NCBI GenBank assembly: GCA_045604405.1
Contig: JAZUNZ010000031.1
Span: 27,295 to 91,294, forward strand
Direction of reading: 5' to 3'
Source: Clostridia bacterium
GTDB lineage: Bacteria; Bacillota; Clostridia; TANB77; CAG-465
Length of the DNA: 64,000 nt
This document shows, one piece after another, positions 18,699 through 29,806 of the stretch. Made by a program: the position numbers and the translations under genes. How positions within the stretch are numbered: position 1 is the first letter of the stretch; each line of letters starts with the position of its first letter. The notes under the pieces are model-generated. The model did not search any database and had not been told where the DNA came from. It saw nothing but the letters and a program-made list of their open reading frames with translations.

Positions 18699-19778
18699 AT
18701 GGCAAAGAAAAGTAGTGCAAAAGCAAGTGCAGTAGAATTATTAGAGGCGCTTGATGAACTTCAAAACGAAAAGGGAATAACTAAAGATTATATGGTAGAA
18801 TCTTTAAAATTAGCTTTAGAAGCGGCATATAAGAAAAACTATGAAACAGGTGAAGAAGTAAACGTAGATATAGATGAAAACACTGGAGTTATATCTGTTT
18901 ATGCTGTAAAAAAAGTTGTGAGTGATGTGGAAAATCCAGACACAGAAATAACACTTGACGCAGCAAAGTTAATAAATAAAAGAGCAAAATTGGGTTCTGA
19001 AATAAAAATTGAAGTTACACCTAAAAATTTTGGAAGAATTGCAGCTTCTGCAGGTAAACAAATAATAATTCAAAGATTAAGAGAAGCAGAACATGATCTT
19101 GTATTTACACAATATAGCGATAAACAAGGCGAAATTGTTATAGGTGTTGTTCAAAGAACAGATAAAATGGGTATGATAGTAGACCTAGGTCGTGTTGAAG
19201 CATTAATTCCATCTAAAGAATTAGTGCCAACAGAAAGATTTGAAACACACGAGAGAATAAAAGCATATGTGCAAAAAGTAGATGATTCAGCAAAATTCGG
19301 ACCACAAGTGATACTTTCTCGTCGCGATCCTGGTTTTGTTAAAAAGCTATTTGAACTTGAAGTTCCAGAAATAGAAGAAGGAATAGTTGAAGTTAAGGCA
19401 GTAGCAAGAGAAGCAGGACAAAGAAGTAAAGTTGCAGTTTATTCTGAAGATGAAAACATAGATCCAGTAGGAGCATGTATTGGAAAAAAAGGAATGAGAA
19501 TAAACGAAATAATGGAAGAACTAAATGGCGAAAAAATCGATGTTATACCATACAGCGATGATGTTCCAAGTTTTATAGTAAATGCATTATCTCCAGCAGG
19601 AATTATGGCCATAGATATAAATGATGAAGAACATGTAGCAACTATAGTTGTTCCAGATGATCAATTATCTTTAGCTATAGGTGCTAAGGGACAAAATGTA
19701 AGACTTGCGGCAATACTTACTGGTTGGAAGATAGATATAAAGACTAAGACGGAAATAGAAAATAGAATAGTTGAATAG
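18699..19778 (+). CDS. nusA: transcription termination/antitermination factor NusA
   Basis: S1 and KH domains. An AGGAGG RBS sits 9 nt before ATG 18699; the ORF-track start 18693 is TTG. Confidence 0.95.
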   Translation: MAKKSSAKASAVELLEALDELQNEKGITKDYMVESLKLALEAAYKKNYETGEEVNVDIDENTGVISVYAVKKVVSDVENPDTEITLDAAKLINKRAKLGSEIKIEVTPKNFGRIAASAGKQIIIQRLREAEHDLVFTQYSDKQGEIVIGVVQRTDKMGMIVDLGRVEALIPSKELVPTERFETHERIKAYVQKVDDSAKFGPQVILSRRDPGFVKKLFELEVPEIEEGIVEVKAVAREAGQRSKVAVYSEDENIDPVGACIGKKGMRINEIMEELNGEKIDVIPYSDDVPSFIVNALSPAGIMAIDINDEEHVATIVVPDDQLSLAIGAKGQNVRLAAILTGWKIDIKTKTEIENRIVE

Positions 19779-19786
19779 GAGTTTAC

Positions 19787-20035
19787 ATGAAGAACATAAG
19801 AACATGTATAGCATGTAGAACAAAAAAAGAAAAAAGCGAACTTTTAAGAATTATTGCAAAGGATAACATAGCAGTTATAGATGAAATGCAAAAACAAAAC
19901 ACTAGAGGCATGTATATTTGTGACAATAAAAATTGCATAAATAAATTGCTAAAAGTAAAAGATATTACAAAGTGTATAAAAATACAAGCAACAAGTGAAA
20001 GTATTAAAGAATTATTGAAGAATTTGGGGGAATAA
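19787..20035 (+). CDS. ylxR: YlxR/RnpM family RNA-binding protein (DUF448)
   Basis: RTCIACRTKKEKSELLRI motif, located between nusA and infB. Confidence 0.85.
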   Translation: MKNIRTCIACRTKKEKSELLRIIAKDNIAVIDEMQKQNTRGMYICDNKNCINKLLKVKDITKCIKIQATSESIKELLKNLGE

Positions 20036-20038
20036 GAT

Positions 20039-22813
20039 TTGGGTAAAATAAAAGTAGCAGAACTAGCAAAAAGAGTTAATATGTCAGAAGATATGGTTAT
20101 TAAAAAGCTAAAGACTATGTCAATTAATGTAAACAGTTCAAATGATTTAGTGGAGGAAGCTTTAATAAGCAGGTTTTCTGCAAGTTCAGGACCACATATA
20201 ATACGCAGAAAGGTAAAAGTAGTAACTACAGATGAAGAAGGTAACAAAGTGGAAAGAATAACTACTAATGCTGGTGGAACAATACAAAAAAGTGTTATTC
20301 GTGAGAAGAAACAAGAAAAACCTTCATATAGCAAAGAGGGATTGGGTGTTGTTAGAAGCAATTACTCTAGAAATAACAGAAATGTTATGCAAAATATCGT
20401 AGTTACACAAAACGGCAAAAAGGTAGAAAACAAACCAGAAAAACCTGTGGAAAAACCAGAGGTTAGGGTAGCTGAACCTAAAATTCAACAAGAAAAGGTA
20501 ACAGAACAAAAAGTTCATGAAAAAACAGAAAAATTTGATAGACGTGAACAAAATAGTAGAAATGTAAACAATAACCAAAATAAATTCCAAAGAAATAATA
20601 ATAATAATCCAAGATTCAACAATAATAGAGATGGAGTAAATCACGAAAGTCGTGGATTTAACAGAAATGCTAGACCAAGTGATAGACCAAATGATAGACA
20701 AAATAGACCAGATTTTAAAAATGGAAGTCAAAGTCAAAGCTCAGGATATAGAGTAAATAAGTTCATAAAGGAAACAGGGCTTACAGATAGTATTCAAAAA
20801 GAAACAAGAGATTATTCAACAACATTAATAGATAAGAAAAAATACAACTCAGAAAAAGCGGAAAGAAAAGAAGAAACTAGAAGACAGGCTAAAAACGCAA
20901 ATGAGATGAGAGAACAAAACACTAGAATGGACTTCAGCAAATTTAGAGGTATGCAAGTTTCTGAAGAAGGCCTAATGGATCTTTACGATAGAGGAGAGAC
21001 AAGACATGGATCTGCTAAGCGTAAAAAACAAAAGGTAGAAATTGGGCAAACCAAGATCATACCTTTAACAGAAGTAGAGCTTCCAGAAGCAATGACTGTT
21101 AAAGATTTTGCTGAGAAATTAAAGAAACAAGCCTCTGAAATTATTAAGAAAATGTTCTCTATGGGGATAATGGCAACAGTAAACCAAGAGATAGATTTCG
21201 ATACAGCATTCTTAATTGCGTCTGAATTTGGCATAAATGCAACTAAACAAGTTGTTGTAACGGAAGAAGATGTGTTATTTGACGACTCTGAAGACGATGA
21301 AAAAGATTTAGAGGTAAGACCTCCTATTGTTACAATAATGGGACACGTTGATCATGGTAAAACATCGCTTCTAGACAGAATAAGAAGTACTAATGTTGTA
21401 GAAGGAGAATCTGGTGGTATTACTCAACATATAGGGGCATATAAAGTAAAAATAAATGGCAGAGAAATTACATTCTTAGATACTCCGGGACACGCAGCAT
21501 TCTCAGAAATGAGAGCAAGAGGAGCACAAATTACAGATATAGTTGTAATAGTTGTTGCAGCAAATGATGGAATAAAACCACAAACAGTTGAAGCTATAAA
21601 TCATGCTAAGGCAGCAGGGGTATCAATTGTTGTAGCAATTAACAAAATAGATGTAGAGGGTGCAAATGTAGAAAGAGTAAAACAAGAATTGTTAGAATAT
21701 GAGCTTGTTCCAGAAGAATGGGGAGGAGACACAATATGTGTTCCAATATCTGCAAAACAAGGTATAGGCATTGAAAGTCTTCTTGAGATGATACTTCTTG
21801 TAGCAGATGTAAAGGAATTAAAAGCAAATCCAAACAAACAAGCAAAAGGAACAGTAATAGAGGCAAAACTAGACAAATCTCGTGGACCACTTGCTACAGT
21901 TCTTGTACAAAGAGGAACGCTTAATGTTGGAGATACTATTGTTTTAGGTGACATCGTTGGTAGAGTGCGTAATATGACAAACGATAGAGGAGAGAAAGTA
22001 AAGAAAGCAGGTCCATCTACACCAGTAGAAATACTAGGACTAGGCAGTGTACCAGATACAGGAGATACATTCTACGAAGTTAAGGATGAAAAGACAGCAC
22101 ATAAGCTTATAGAAAAGAGAAAAGCACAACATAGACTTGATCTTATTAAGAAGGGTAGTGTAGTAACGCTAGATGATTTATTTAACAAGATTAAAGATGG
22201 CGAAACTACTAACCTAGACATAGTTTTAAGAGCAGATGTTAAAGGCTCTGTTGAGGCTTTAAAAGAATCATTAGAAAAACTATCTAATGAAGAAATTAGA
22301 GTAAGAGTTATAGCAAGTAATACGGGTTCTATAACAGAATCAGATATAACGCTTGCAAAACTTTCAAATGCTATAGTTATTGGATTTAACGTAAAACCAG
22401 ATGCTACAGTACAACATGCTGCAGAAAAAGAAAATGTAGACTTAAGATTATATAGAGTAATCTACGATGCAATAGAAGATGTAGAAGCTGCGATGAAGGG
22501 ACTACATAAACCTACATATAAAGAGGAAGCTTTGGGCACAGCAGAAGTAAGACATGTATTTAAGATTACTGGTGCTGGTGTAATTGCAGGAAGCTATGTA
22601 ACTCACGGAACGCTTGAAAGAAATGCAATGGTAAGACTTGTAAGAAATGGTGAAGTTTTATGCGATACAAAACTTGAATCATTAAAACGTGAAAAGGATG
22701 ATGTAAAAGAAGTAGCAGAAGGATACGAATGTGGTGTTAAACTAGAGAAATTTAGTGATGTAAAAGAAGGAGATATCCTTGAATGTTACAAGCTAGTTGA
22801 GGAGAAAAAATAA
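20039..22813 (+). CDS. infB: translation initiation factor IF-2
   Basis: 924 aa with GTPase motifs [14 protein letters not shown] and NKID. The N-terminal region is low-complexity and Asn/Arg-rich. The start codon is TTG. Confidence 0.97.
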   Translation: MGKIKVAELAKRVNMSEDMVIKKLKTMSINVNSSNDLVEEALISRFSASSGPHIIRRKVKVVTTDEEGNKVERITTNAGGTIQKSVIREKKQEKPSYSKEGLGVVRSNYSRNNRNVMQNIVVTQNGKKVENKPEKPVEKPEVRVAEPKIQQEKVTEQKVHEKTEKFDRREQNSRNVNNNQNKFQRNNNNNPRFNNNRDGVNHESRGFNRNARPSDRPNDRQNRPDFKNGSQSQSSGYRVNKFIKETGLTDSIQKETRDYSTTLIDKKKYNSEKAERKEETRRQAKNANEMREQNTRMDFSKFRGMQVSEEGLMDLYDRGETRHGSAKRKKQKVEIGQTKIIPLTEVELPEAMTVKDFAEKLKKQASEIIKKMFSMGIMATVNQEIDFDTAFLIASEFGINATKQVVVTEEDVLFDDSEDDEKDLEVRPPIVTIMGHVDHGKTSLLDRIRSTNVVEGESGGITQHIGAYKVKINGREITFLDTPGHAAFSEMRARGAQITDIVVIVVAANDGIKPQTVEAINHAKAAGVSIVVAINKIDVEGANVERVKQELLEYELVPEEWGGDTICVPISAKQGIGIESLLEMILLVADVKELKANPNKQAKGTVIEAKLDKSRGPLATVLVQRGTLNVGDTIVLGDIVGRVRNMTNDRGEKVKKAGPSTPVEILGLGSVPDTGDTFYEVKDEKTAHKLIEKRKAQHRLDLIKKGSVVTLDDLFNKIKDGETTNLDIVLRADVKGSVEALKESLEKLSNEEIRVRVIASNTGSITESDITLAKLSNAIVIGFNVKPDATVQHAAEKENVDLRLYRVIYDAIEDVEAAMKGLHKPTYKEEALGTAEVRHVFKITGAGVIAGSYVTHGTLERNAMVRLVRNGEVLCDTKLESLKREKDDVKEVAEGYECGVKLEKFSDVKEGDILECYKLVEEKK

Positions 22814-23160
22814 TGCGTACAGAAAGAATAGACGAAGATATTAAATACTATATAGATAGGATCCTAAGAGAAAATATATCTAAATTTACAAATTCAGGAA
22901 TTATTACAGTAACAGCTGTAAAAACAACTAAAGATTTAAGATATTCAAAGGTATATGTGAGTATATTTGGTACAAAATATACTCACCAAACTTTCGAAAA
23001 GCTTAAAAACGCTTCTGGTTTTATAAGAAAGAATTTAGCAGGAATGCTAAAAGCAAGAAATATACCAGATATAGTTTTTGAACTTGATGATTCTATGGAG
23101 TATGGAGAAAAAATGGACAGACTTATAGATAATTTGGATATACATAAGGAAGAAGAATAG
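22813..23160 (+). CDS. rbfA: ribosome-binding factor A
   Basis: 115 aa, in the conserved position after infB. Confidence 0.9.
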   Translation: MRTERIDEDIKYYIDRILRENISKFTNSGIITVTAVKTTKDLRYSKVYVSIFGTKYTHQTFEKLKNASGFIRKNLAGMLKARNIPDIVFELDDSMEYGEKMDRLIDNLDIHKEEE

Positions 23161-23169
23161 GGGGATTAT

Positions 23170-24144
23170 ATGGAAGTTTTAGAACATATTAAAAAACATA
23201 TAGAGGAAGCTAGTACAATATGCCTAATAGCTCATATACGCGCAGATGGAGATGCGGTAGGAAGCGTTGGAGCAATGTATCATTTCTTAAAAGAAATTGG
23301 TAAAGAAGTATATATGTTATTGCCGAATTTAGAAGATACTTTTGAGTTTCTTCCTAATATACAAGAGCGTGTTGATATGGTGCCGCTTGAGAGTTATGAT
23401 CTTTTAATGTGTTTAGATACTTCAAATTTAGAAAGACTGAATATTACCCCTGAAGATATGGCTAAAGCTAAAAAAATAGTAGTAATAGATCATCATAGAA
23501 ATAATATGATAGATGCAGGCATAAAGCTTGTCGATGAGAACGCCCCTGCAAATTGCGAAATTATATATGATTTAATAAATTATATGGGGCATAATATCTC
23601 AAAGAATACAGCAGAATATATATATATGGGTCTTATGACAGACACAGGAAGCTTTAATTATGAAAGAACTAGTTCTAAAACTCACAAAATTGCAGGTGAG
23701 ATGATAGATAAAGGAGCAGACTATGTTAAAACATGTAAGATTTTAAATCACACATATTCTGAGTCAAGGATGAAGCTTGTATCTCAAGTCATAAACAACA
23801 TGGAAACATATTTAGATGGCAAAGTTAGGGTTGGAATGACGGATAAGGATACTATGGACAGTCTTAATGCTAAAGAACAAGATGTTCAAAGCCTAGTAAA
23901 TTATTTAAGAGGCATTGAAGGGACTGTAGTTGCGATATATTTTAGAGCATTAGATGAAACCAATTACAAAGTAAGCATCCGTGCGGAAGAACCTGTAGAT
24001 GCATCAGAACTATCTTTAATGTTTGGTGGTGGTGGCCACAAAAGGGCAGCGGGATTTTCTACAGACAATGTGGAGGCTACAAAAATTAAGCTAATTGAAA
24101 TACTAGAAAGGTTGTTAAAAAGTGAAGATAACAGGAATACTTAA
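23170..24144 (+). CDS. nrnA: DHH/DHHA1 phosphoesterase (NrnA-type oligoribonuclease/pAp phosphatase)
   Basis: DHH motifs (HIRADGDAVGS, VIDHH) and DHHA1 motif GGGGHKRAAG. Confidence 0.85.
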   Translation: MEVLEHIKKHIEEASTICLIAHIRADGDAVGSVGAMYHFLKEIGKEVYMLLPNLEDTFEFLPNIQERVDMVPLESYDLLMCLDTSNLERLNITPEDMAKAKKIVVIDHHRNNMIDAGIKLVDENAPANCEIIYDLINYMGHNISKNTAEYIYMGLMTDTGSFNYERTSSKTHKIAGEMIDKGADYVKTCKILNHTYSESRMKLVSQVINNMETYLDGKVRVGMTDKDTMDSLNAKEQDVQSLVNYLRGIEGTVVAIYFRALDETNYKVSIRAEEPVDASELSLMFGGGGHKRAAGFSTDNVEATKIKLIEILERLLKSEDNRNT

Positions 24145-24994
24145 TATAGACAAACCAGCAGGAATTACATCTTATGACGTTGTTGATGTTATTAAAAAGT
24201 TGTTTATAGGGTCAAAAGTGGGACATACAGGAACACTTGATCCGGTAGCAACAGGAGTTTTGCCTATACTTATAGGTGATGCAACAAAATTATCAGATAA
24301 CTTGACTGCTGAAAATAAAGCATATAGAGTAAAAATGTTACTTGGAGTAGAAACTAATACTTATGATATAACGGGAAAAATAGTTTATGCTTCGGTAGTA
24401 AATAAAGACGAAATATATATACGCGAAAGAATAAAGAGATTTATTGGAGTACAACAACAAACTCCACCTCAATATAGCGCTATAAAAGTTGAGGGAAAAA
24501 GAGCGTATCAATATGCCAGAGAAGGAAAAGAAGTAGAGCTTAAACCTAGAATAATAGAGATTTATGATATAAATAATATTGCGGTGGATTTGAAAAAACG
24601 TGAAGTGTCTTTTGATGTATATTGCACAAAGGGGACATATATAAGAAGTCTTGTAAGTGATATTGGTAAAAAGCTAGGCTGTGGCGCTACAATGGTGGAT
24701 TTAATAAGACTTAAAAATGGCAATTTCGATATAAAAGATAGCATTCCTTTATATGATTTTCTAAAGCTTAATTTTGAAGAGATGAAGAAAAAAATAATTA
24801 GTATAGATGATTATTATGAAGATTTAAAAAGAATAAATATGGATGAAATAGAGTATACTAAATTCTTTAATGGAGTAAAACTAGAATATAATGAACAAGA
24901 CAAACTTGTAAAGGTATATGAAAATAACAAATATAAAGGATTAGGACAGATTAAAGATGGTGTGCTTAAAAGATATTTAATAGAGAACGAGTAA
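24122..24994 (+). CDS. truB: tRNA pseudouridine(55) synthase
   Basis: GILNIDKPAGITSYD and HTGTLDP catalytic Asp motif. The start codon is GTG. Confidence 0.93.
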   Translation: MKITGILNIDKPAGITSYDVVDVIKKLFIGSKVGHTGTLDPVATGVLPILIGDATKLSDNLTAENKAYRVKMLLGVETNTYDITGKIVYASVVNKDEIYIRERIKRFIGVQQQTPPQYSAIKVEGKRAYQYAREGKEVELKPRIIEIYDINNIAVDLKKREVSFDVYCTKGTYIRSLVSDIGKKLGCGATMVDLIRLKNGNFDIKDSIPLYDFLKLNFEEMKKKIISIDDYYEDLKRINMDEIEYTKFFNGVKLEYNEQDKLVKVYENNKYKGLGQIKDGVLKRYLIENE

Positions 24995-25071
24995 TCGTTC
25001 TCTTTTTCTTGTATTATGCTTGAAAAAAATGCATATTTATAATAATATATATATAACTTAGGGGGGTATTT

Positions 25072-26070
25072 ATGATATTAGTTACAGGTGGACTTGGATA
25101 TATAGGAAGCCATACATGCGTGGAATTATTAAAAAACGGAGAAAGATTAGCGGTTATGGACAATCTTTCTAACAGTAAAATTGAAATGATGGATAAAATA
25201 AAACAAATAACAGGTAAAGGATTTGTATTTTATAAAGCTGACCTGTTAGATAAAGAAGCAATGCGCAAAATATTTGCTGAAAACAAAATACGTGCAGTTG
25301 TACATTTTGCTGGACTTAAAGCTGTTGGAGAATCTGTTGCAAAACCAATTGAATATTACAAAAATAATGTTGTAGGAACTCTAAATTTATTAGAAGTAAT
25401 GAAAGAATTTGGAGTAAACAAAATGGTATTTAGTTCTTCAGCAACGGTTTATGGTGCGCCTAAAACTGTACCAATAACAGAAGACATGCCACTTTCTACG
25501 ACAAATCCTTATGGAACAACAAAGCTTATGATAGAACAAATTCTTACAGATGTTTCAAAAGCAAACAAGGATTTTAAGGTTGCAATTTTAAGATACTTTA
25601 ATCCAATAGGGGCTCATGAAAGCGGTATAATTGGTGAGGATCCAAATGGTATACCTAACAATCTTATGCCATATATTTCAAGAGTGGCTTCAGGAAAATT
25701 AGAGTGTTTAAGCGTATTTGGCAATGATTATCCAACACACGATGGCACTGGAGTAAGAGACTATATACATGTAGTAGATTTAACAAAAGGACATTTAAAA
25801 GCATTAGCAAGACTAGCAAAAGACGATACGGGAGTATTCATATATAATCTGGGAACAGGAAATGGATATAGCGTACTAGATATAGTAAATGCTTTCCAAA
25901 AAGCAAATGATGTAACAATAAAATATAAAATTGTAGAAAGAAGACCAGGAGATATTGCGGAGTGTTATGCAAATCCATCTAAAGCATTAAGAGAATTAGA
26001 ATGGAAAGCTGAAAAAACTCTAGAAGACATGGTAAGAGATGCGTGGAATTTTGAGAAAAATAACATGTAG
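25072..26070 (+). CDS. galE: UDP-glucose 4-epimerase
   Basis: GGLGYIGSH Rossmann motif, YGTTK catalytic motif, 332 aa. Confidence 0.92.
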   Translation: MILVTGGLGYIGSHTCVELLKNGERLAVMDNLSNSKIEMMDKIKQITGKGFVFYKADLLDKEAMRKIFAENKIRAVVHFAGLKAVGESVAKPIEYYKNNVVGTLNLLEVMKEFGVNKMVFSSSATVYGAPKTVPITEDMPLSTTNPYGTTKLMIEQILTDVSKANKDFKVAILRYFNPIGAHESGIIGEDPNGIPNNLMPYISRVASGKLECLSVFGNDYPTHDGTGVRDYIHVVDLTKGHLKALARLAKDDTGVFIYNLGTGNGYSVLDIVNAFQKANDVTIKYKIVERRPGDIAECYANPSKALRELEWKAEKTLEDMVRDAWNFEKNNM

Positions 26071-26074
26071 ATTC

Positions 26075-26105
26075 AAAGGACAGGAGTATTTCACTCCTGT
26101 CCTTT
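26075..26105 (+). terminator. rho-independent terminator after galE
   Basis: AAAGGACAGGAGT-atttc-ACTCCTGTCCTTT hairpin. Confidence 0.8.
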
Positions 26106-26189
26106 CCCTTGACAAAACATATAAATTATAGTAAGATACAAGCGGTAAAAAGAAATTGTAAATATACACTAAAGGAAGGAGAAAAACTA

Positions 26190-26345
26190 TATAAGCGCCA
26201 GGACACGAAAGTGTTGACGAGGAAGAAACTTATCGAAAGATTCGGCGGATGGTTTCTTGGCATTGATTACTGCCATAGTATGCACAAAAAACTAACAGTG
26301 ATGTTAGAACAAAGTAAGTACAGTAATCATATATTTACAATACTT
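26190..26345 (+). ncRNA. glmS ribozyme: glmS glucosamine-6-phosphate ribozyme
   Basis: Core strings AGCGCCAGGAC...GACGAGGA...UAUCGAAAGAUUCGGCGGAUG match the glmS ribozyme consensus. It lies directly upstream of glmS. A TTGACA-17-TAAGAT promoter lies at 26109-26137. Confidence 0.85.
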
Positions 26346-26436
26346 TTTTGAATATATTGGGTGTATTTAGGCAAAACAATGTTAGTTTTGTCATACCTTT
26401 TGAGCACGTAAATATAATTTAAGGAGGTATTTTTTT

Positions 26437-28278
26437 ATGTGTGGTATAGTTGGATATATTGGGAGTAAAAAAGCTACTCCCGTACTTATTGATGGGCTTT
26501 TGAGCTTAGAATACAGAGGATATGACTCTGCTGGAATTGCTACAATTGAGAAAAACGAAGTAGTAATAAACAAAGACAAGGGGAGAGTGCAAAATCTATT
26601 AAATTTAGATCGTATAAATAAGTTGGAGGGAACAGTAGGAATTGCGCACACTAGATGGGCAACTCATGGTAAGCCTTCAAAAGAAAATTCTCATCCTCAT
26701 GCAGATGGAAATGGTAGTTTTATAGTAGTACATAACGGAATTATAGAAAACTATAGCGAACTTAAAGAATTTTTAGGACAAAAAGGATACAGTTTTGTAT
26801 CTGAAACAGATACGGAGGTTATTCCTAATCTAATTCATTACTATTATAATAATGGATTTGTAAATGGTACAGATAAATTCTTATCAGCAGTAAAGTCTGC
26901 TGCAGACAATTTAAAAGGGAGTTATGCATTAGAGGTAATATCTCATCTTTATCCAGATAGAGTTATAGTAGTAAGAAAGGATAGTCCGCTAGTTATTGGT
27001 AAGGGTATAGGTGAAAATTACATTGCATCAGATATACCTGCAATATTAAAATATACAAAAGAATTCTATATGTTAGAGGACAATGAATTTGCAGTTATAT
27101 ATAAAGACCATATAGAATTTATGGATAATTCTTTAGAAAAGCATAATAAAGGCGTAAAAATTATAGATTGGAATTTTGATGCGGCATCTAAGGATGGCTA
27201 TGAAGACTATATGTTAAAAGAAATATTTGAGCAGCCAAAAGCAACAAGAGAAACAATAGGCTCAAGAGTTGTATTAAATGAAAGATGTCAGTTTGCTGAT
27301 TTAGATATTTCAAAAGAATATTTAGAAAGTATAAACAAAATATATATAGTAGCCTGCGGTACTGCAATGCATGCAGGACTTGTGGGAAAGAATATTATAG
27401 AAAAAATATGTAGAATAAGTGTAGAGGTAGATATTGCATCAGAATTTAGATATAGACAGCCAATAATAGATGAAAAAACACTATGTATATATATTAGTCA
27501 ATCTGGAGAAACGGCGGATACAATAGCAGCATTAAAGCTTGCAAAAGAAAGAAATGCAAAAACTATTGCTGTATCTAATGTAATAGGAAGTTCGATTACA
27601 AGAGAAGCGGACTATACAATATACACCCATGCTGGTCCAGAAATAGCGGTGGCTTCAACCAAAGCGTATACATCACAAGTAGTATTATTGGCAATACTTG
27701 CTGTACATTTTGCAGAAATATTAGACAGTTGCGATTTAGAAAGGTTACAAGAATTAAAGAAAGAAATACTGGATATACCAACTAAATTGGAGGTTGTATT
27801 AGACAACATAAAAGAAATAGAGGATTTTGCAAAATCAGTATACACTCAAAAAGACATGTTTTTTCTAGGCAGAGGAATAGATTATTACACTGCTCTTGAA
27901 GCCTCACTAAAACTTAAGGAAATTTCATACATTCATTCTGAAGCGTATGCATCTGGTGAATTAAAACATGGACCAATTGCACTAATAGAAAATGGCGTTG
28001 CTGTGATATCTATACTTACTGATGAAAAACTTCTAGAAAAATCTATTAGTAATATACAAGAAGTAATTTCAAGAGGAGCAAATACTTTAGTTATAACAAA
28101 CAGACAATTACCAAACAACAATTATAACTTTGTTATAAATATTCCAGAGATAGACTCGTTATTATCTCCAATACTTGCTATAGCACCTTTACAACTTCTA
28201 AGCTATTATATTTCTAAGAATAAGGGCTTGGATGTAGATAAACCTAGGAATTTAGCAAAATCAGTAACGGTTGAATAA
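26437..28278 (+). CDS. glmS: glutamine--fructose-6-phosphate aminotransferase
   Basis: MCGIVGY N-terminus, two SIS domains, C-terminal KSVTVE. Confidence 0.97.
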   Translation: MCGIVGYIGSKKATPVLIDGLLSLEYRGYDSAGIATIEKNEVVINKDKGRVQNLLNLDRINKLEGTVGIAHTRWATHGKPSKENSHPHADGNGSFIVVHNGIIENYSELKEFLGQKGYSFVSETDTEVIPNLIHYYYNNGFVNGTDKFLSAVKSAADNLKGSYALEVISHLYPDRVIVVRKDSPLVIGKGIGENYIASDIPAILKYTKEFYMLEDNEFAVIYKDHIEFMDNSLEKHNKGVKIIDWNFDAASKDGYEDYMLKEIFEQPKATRETIGSRVVLNERCQFADLDISKEYLESINKIYIVACGTAMHAGLVGKNIIEKICRISVEVDIASEFRYRQPIIDEKTLCIYISQSGETADTIAALKLAKERNAKTIAVSNVIGSSITREADYTIYTHAGPEIAVASTKAYTSQVVLLAILAVHFAEILDSCDLERLQELKKEILDIPTKLEVVLDNIKEIEDFAKSVYTQKDMFFLGRGIDYYTALEASLKLKEISYIHSEAYASGELKHGPIALIENGVAVISILTDEKLLEKSISNIQEVISRGANTLVITNRQLPNNNYNFVINIPEIDSLLSPILAIAPLQLLSYYISKNKGLDVDKPRNLAKSVTVE

Positions 28279-28288
28279 AGTAAAATAA

Positions 28289-28320
28289 AGACTATTGATT
28301 TCAATAGTCTTAAATTTTTT
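28289..28320 (+). terminator. rho-independent terminator after glmS
   Basis: AAGACTATTGA-ttt-TCAATAGTCTT hairpin followed by a T-run. Confidence 0.8.
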
Positions 28321-28501
28321 TGCAAACAACTAAATTAAATGTTTGACATATAATATACTATGTGATAAACTATAGCTAGTTAAGTAGTGTACAAATAGGG
28401 TAGAAAAGGTGCATTATTTGGGAGAAGAGGTTAAAAAGTTGCAATTTTTATACTTTTATGGTATAATATATGTTGTGACCGAAAGGAAAGGTGTAATTTA
28501 A

Positions 28502-29545
28502 GTGAAAAAAGGGAGTGCCCTCAGAACACTAAGATTCATATTTATAACAGTTGTTTTATTTGTTTTATCATTTACTGCTGTTGTAATAACAGTATTAAAT
28601 GTATATGTGCCAGAGTATTTGGCAAAAATAGATGGAGAAGAAGTAGGTTATTTTACATCTCCTGCTGAATTTGATGAAGTCTATGAAAAATTAGTAGAAG
28701 AAAAAGAAGCCGATGGATTAGAAGTTAAAGTATATCTTGCTTCTGAGCCAGAGTTCGAACTTAAGTATGTAAGAGATTCTGTTACTGAAGAACAAAATTT
28801 ATATACAAATGTAAGGGCGTTTGTAAAAACAGAGTATACAGTGTATAACGTAGAAGTTAAAGGTAAAACTGAGATGACTTTTGCTACTAAAAAAGAAGCA
28901 GATGATTATGCTAAAAAGATAAAATCTGCCGTTAAGTCTACTGTAAAATCTACAGTTAAGGTAAAAAAATCTACAACAGAAGAATTAGTAAAGACTACAG
29001 AAAAAGCATCGGCTAAGAAGATATATAATGATTTAGTAAGTAGATATAAACCGGTGGTAAGAACATATACTACAACATCATGGACTGGTTCTACAACTAA
29101 CAAAGGTAAAGCCACAGGTGCACTTCATACATTTATATCTGGTGGTAGAAGACCGACAATCGGTGTAGTAACTCAACAATATGGTGTATATAACTATTCA
29201 TTATATGGAAATTCTATGCACACAGGTATAGATATAGCAGACAACTCTAAACCTAATATATATCCATATAAAGATGGTACTGTAGTAAAAGTTGTATACG
29301 GAAGTACAGGTTATGGATATTACGTAATAGTAAGCCATGGTAAAGATGAAAGCGGAAACGAACTTCAAACATTATATGCTCATATGAGTAAAATAAATGT
29401 AAGCGTAGGACAACAAGTAACACAATCTACTGCTTTAGGTAGAATGGGAACAACGGGATTATCTACAGGTATCCACTTACACTTTGAAATAAGAGTGTTA
29501 AATGGTAGCCAAATGACAAGATATAATCCAGGATATTATATATAA
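28502..29545 (+). CDS. membrane-anchored M23 (LytM-type) peptidase
   Basis: N-terminal TM helix. HTGIDIA and GIHLHFEI zinc motifs. The start codon is GTG. Confidence 0.85.
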   Translation: MKKGSALRTLRFIFITVVLFVLSFTAVVITVLNVYVPEYLAKIDGEEVGYFTSPAEFDEVYEKLVEEKEADGLEVKVYLASEPEFELKYVRDSVTEEQNLYTNVRAFVKTEYTVYNVEVKGKTEMTFATKKEADDYAKKIKSAVKSTVKSTVKVKKSTTEELVKTTEKASAKKIYNDLVSRYKPVVRTYTTTSWTGSTTNKGKATGALHTFISGGRRPTIGVVTQQYGVYNYSLYGNSMHTGIDIADNSKPNIYPYKDGTVVKVVYGSTGYGYYVIVSHGKDESGNELQTLYAHMSKINVSVGQQVTQSTALGRMGTTGLSTGIHLHFEIRVLNGSQMTRYNPGYYI

Positions 29546-29551
29546 AATTAA

Positions 29552-29583
29552 AATCTTAAGGGACAACCCTTAAGATTTTTTTT
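29552..29583 (+). terminator. rho-independent terminator
   Basis: AATCTTAAGGG-acaa-CCCTTAAGATT hairpin followed by T8. Confidence 0.85.
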
Positions 29584-29728
29584 GCCGATTTTTATCCGCT
29601 TTTTTCTTTTTTAGAAAAATTTCCTCCACTTTAAACCACAAATTTATTGTAAATACTGAGATGTATGGAATTGCTAAATTTTAATTAAAAATAATTACAT
29701 AATTTTTTAAATTTTTTCAAAAAAGGTA

Positions 29729-29757
29729 TTGCAATTATATATATATTTGTATATAAT
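29729..29757 (+). promoter_or_regulatory. dcw-cluster promoter (Pmra)
   Basis: TTGCAA, a 17-nt spacer, then TATAAT, counted by hand. Confidence 0.6.
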
Positions 29758-29767
29758 ATGGGTGCAG

Positions 29768-29804
29768 GTGGTAGAAAGTGGAGAAAAGTGGAGGAGGTGT
29801 TGAA
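29768..29804 (+). promoter_or_regulatory. MraZ-box array (GTGG repeats at 10-bp spacing)
   Basis: GTGGTAG, GTGGAGA, GTGGAGG and GTGTTGA start at 29768, 29778, 29788 and 29798, between the promoter and the mraZ start. Confidence 0.6.
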
Positions 29805-29806
29805 AC

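Noticed and set aside
26109-26351. 80-aa ORF between galE and glmS
   Set aside because: The region matches the glmS ribozyme core (AGCGCCAGGAC...GACGAGGA...UCGGCGGAUG). The ORF has no RBS and is an artefact of the structured leader.
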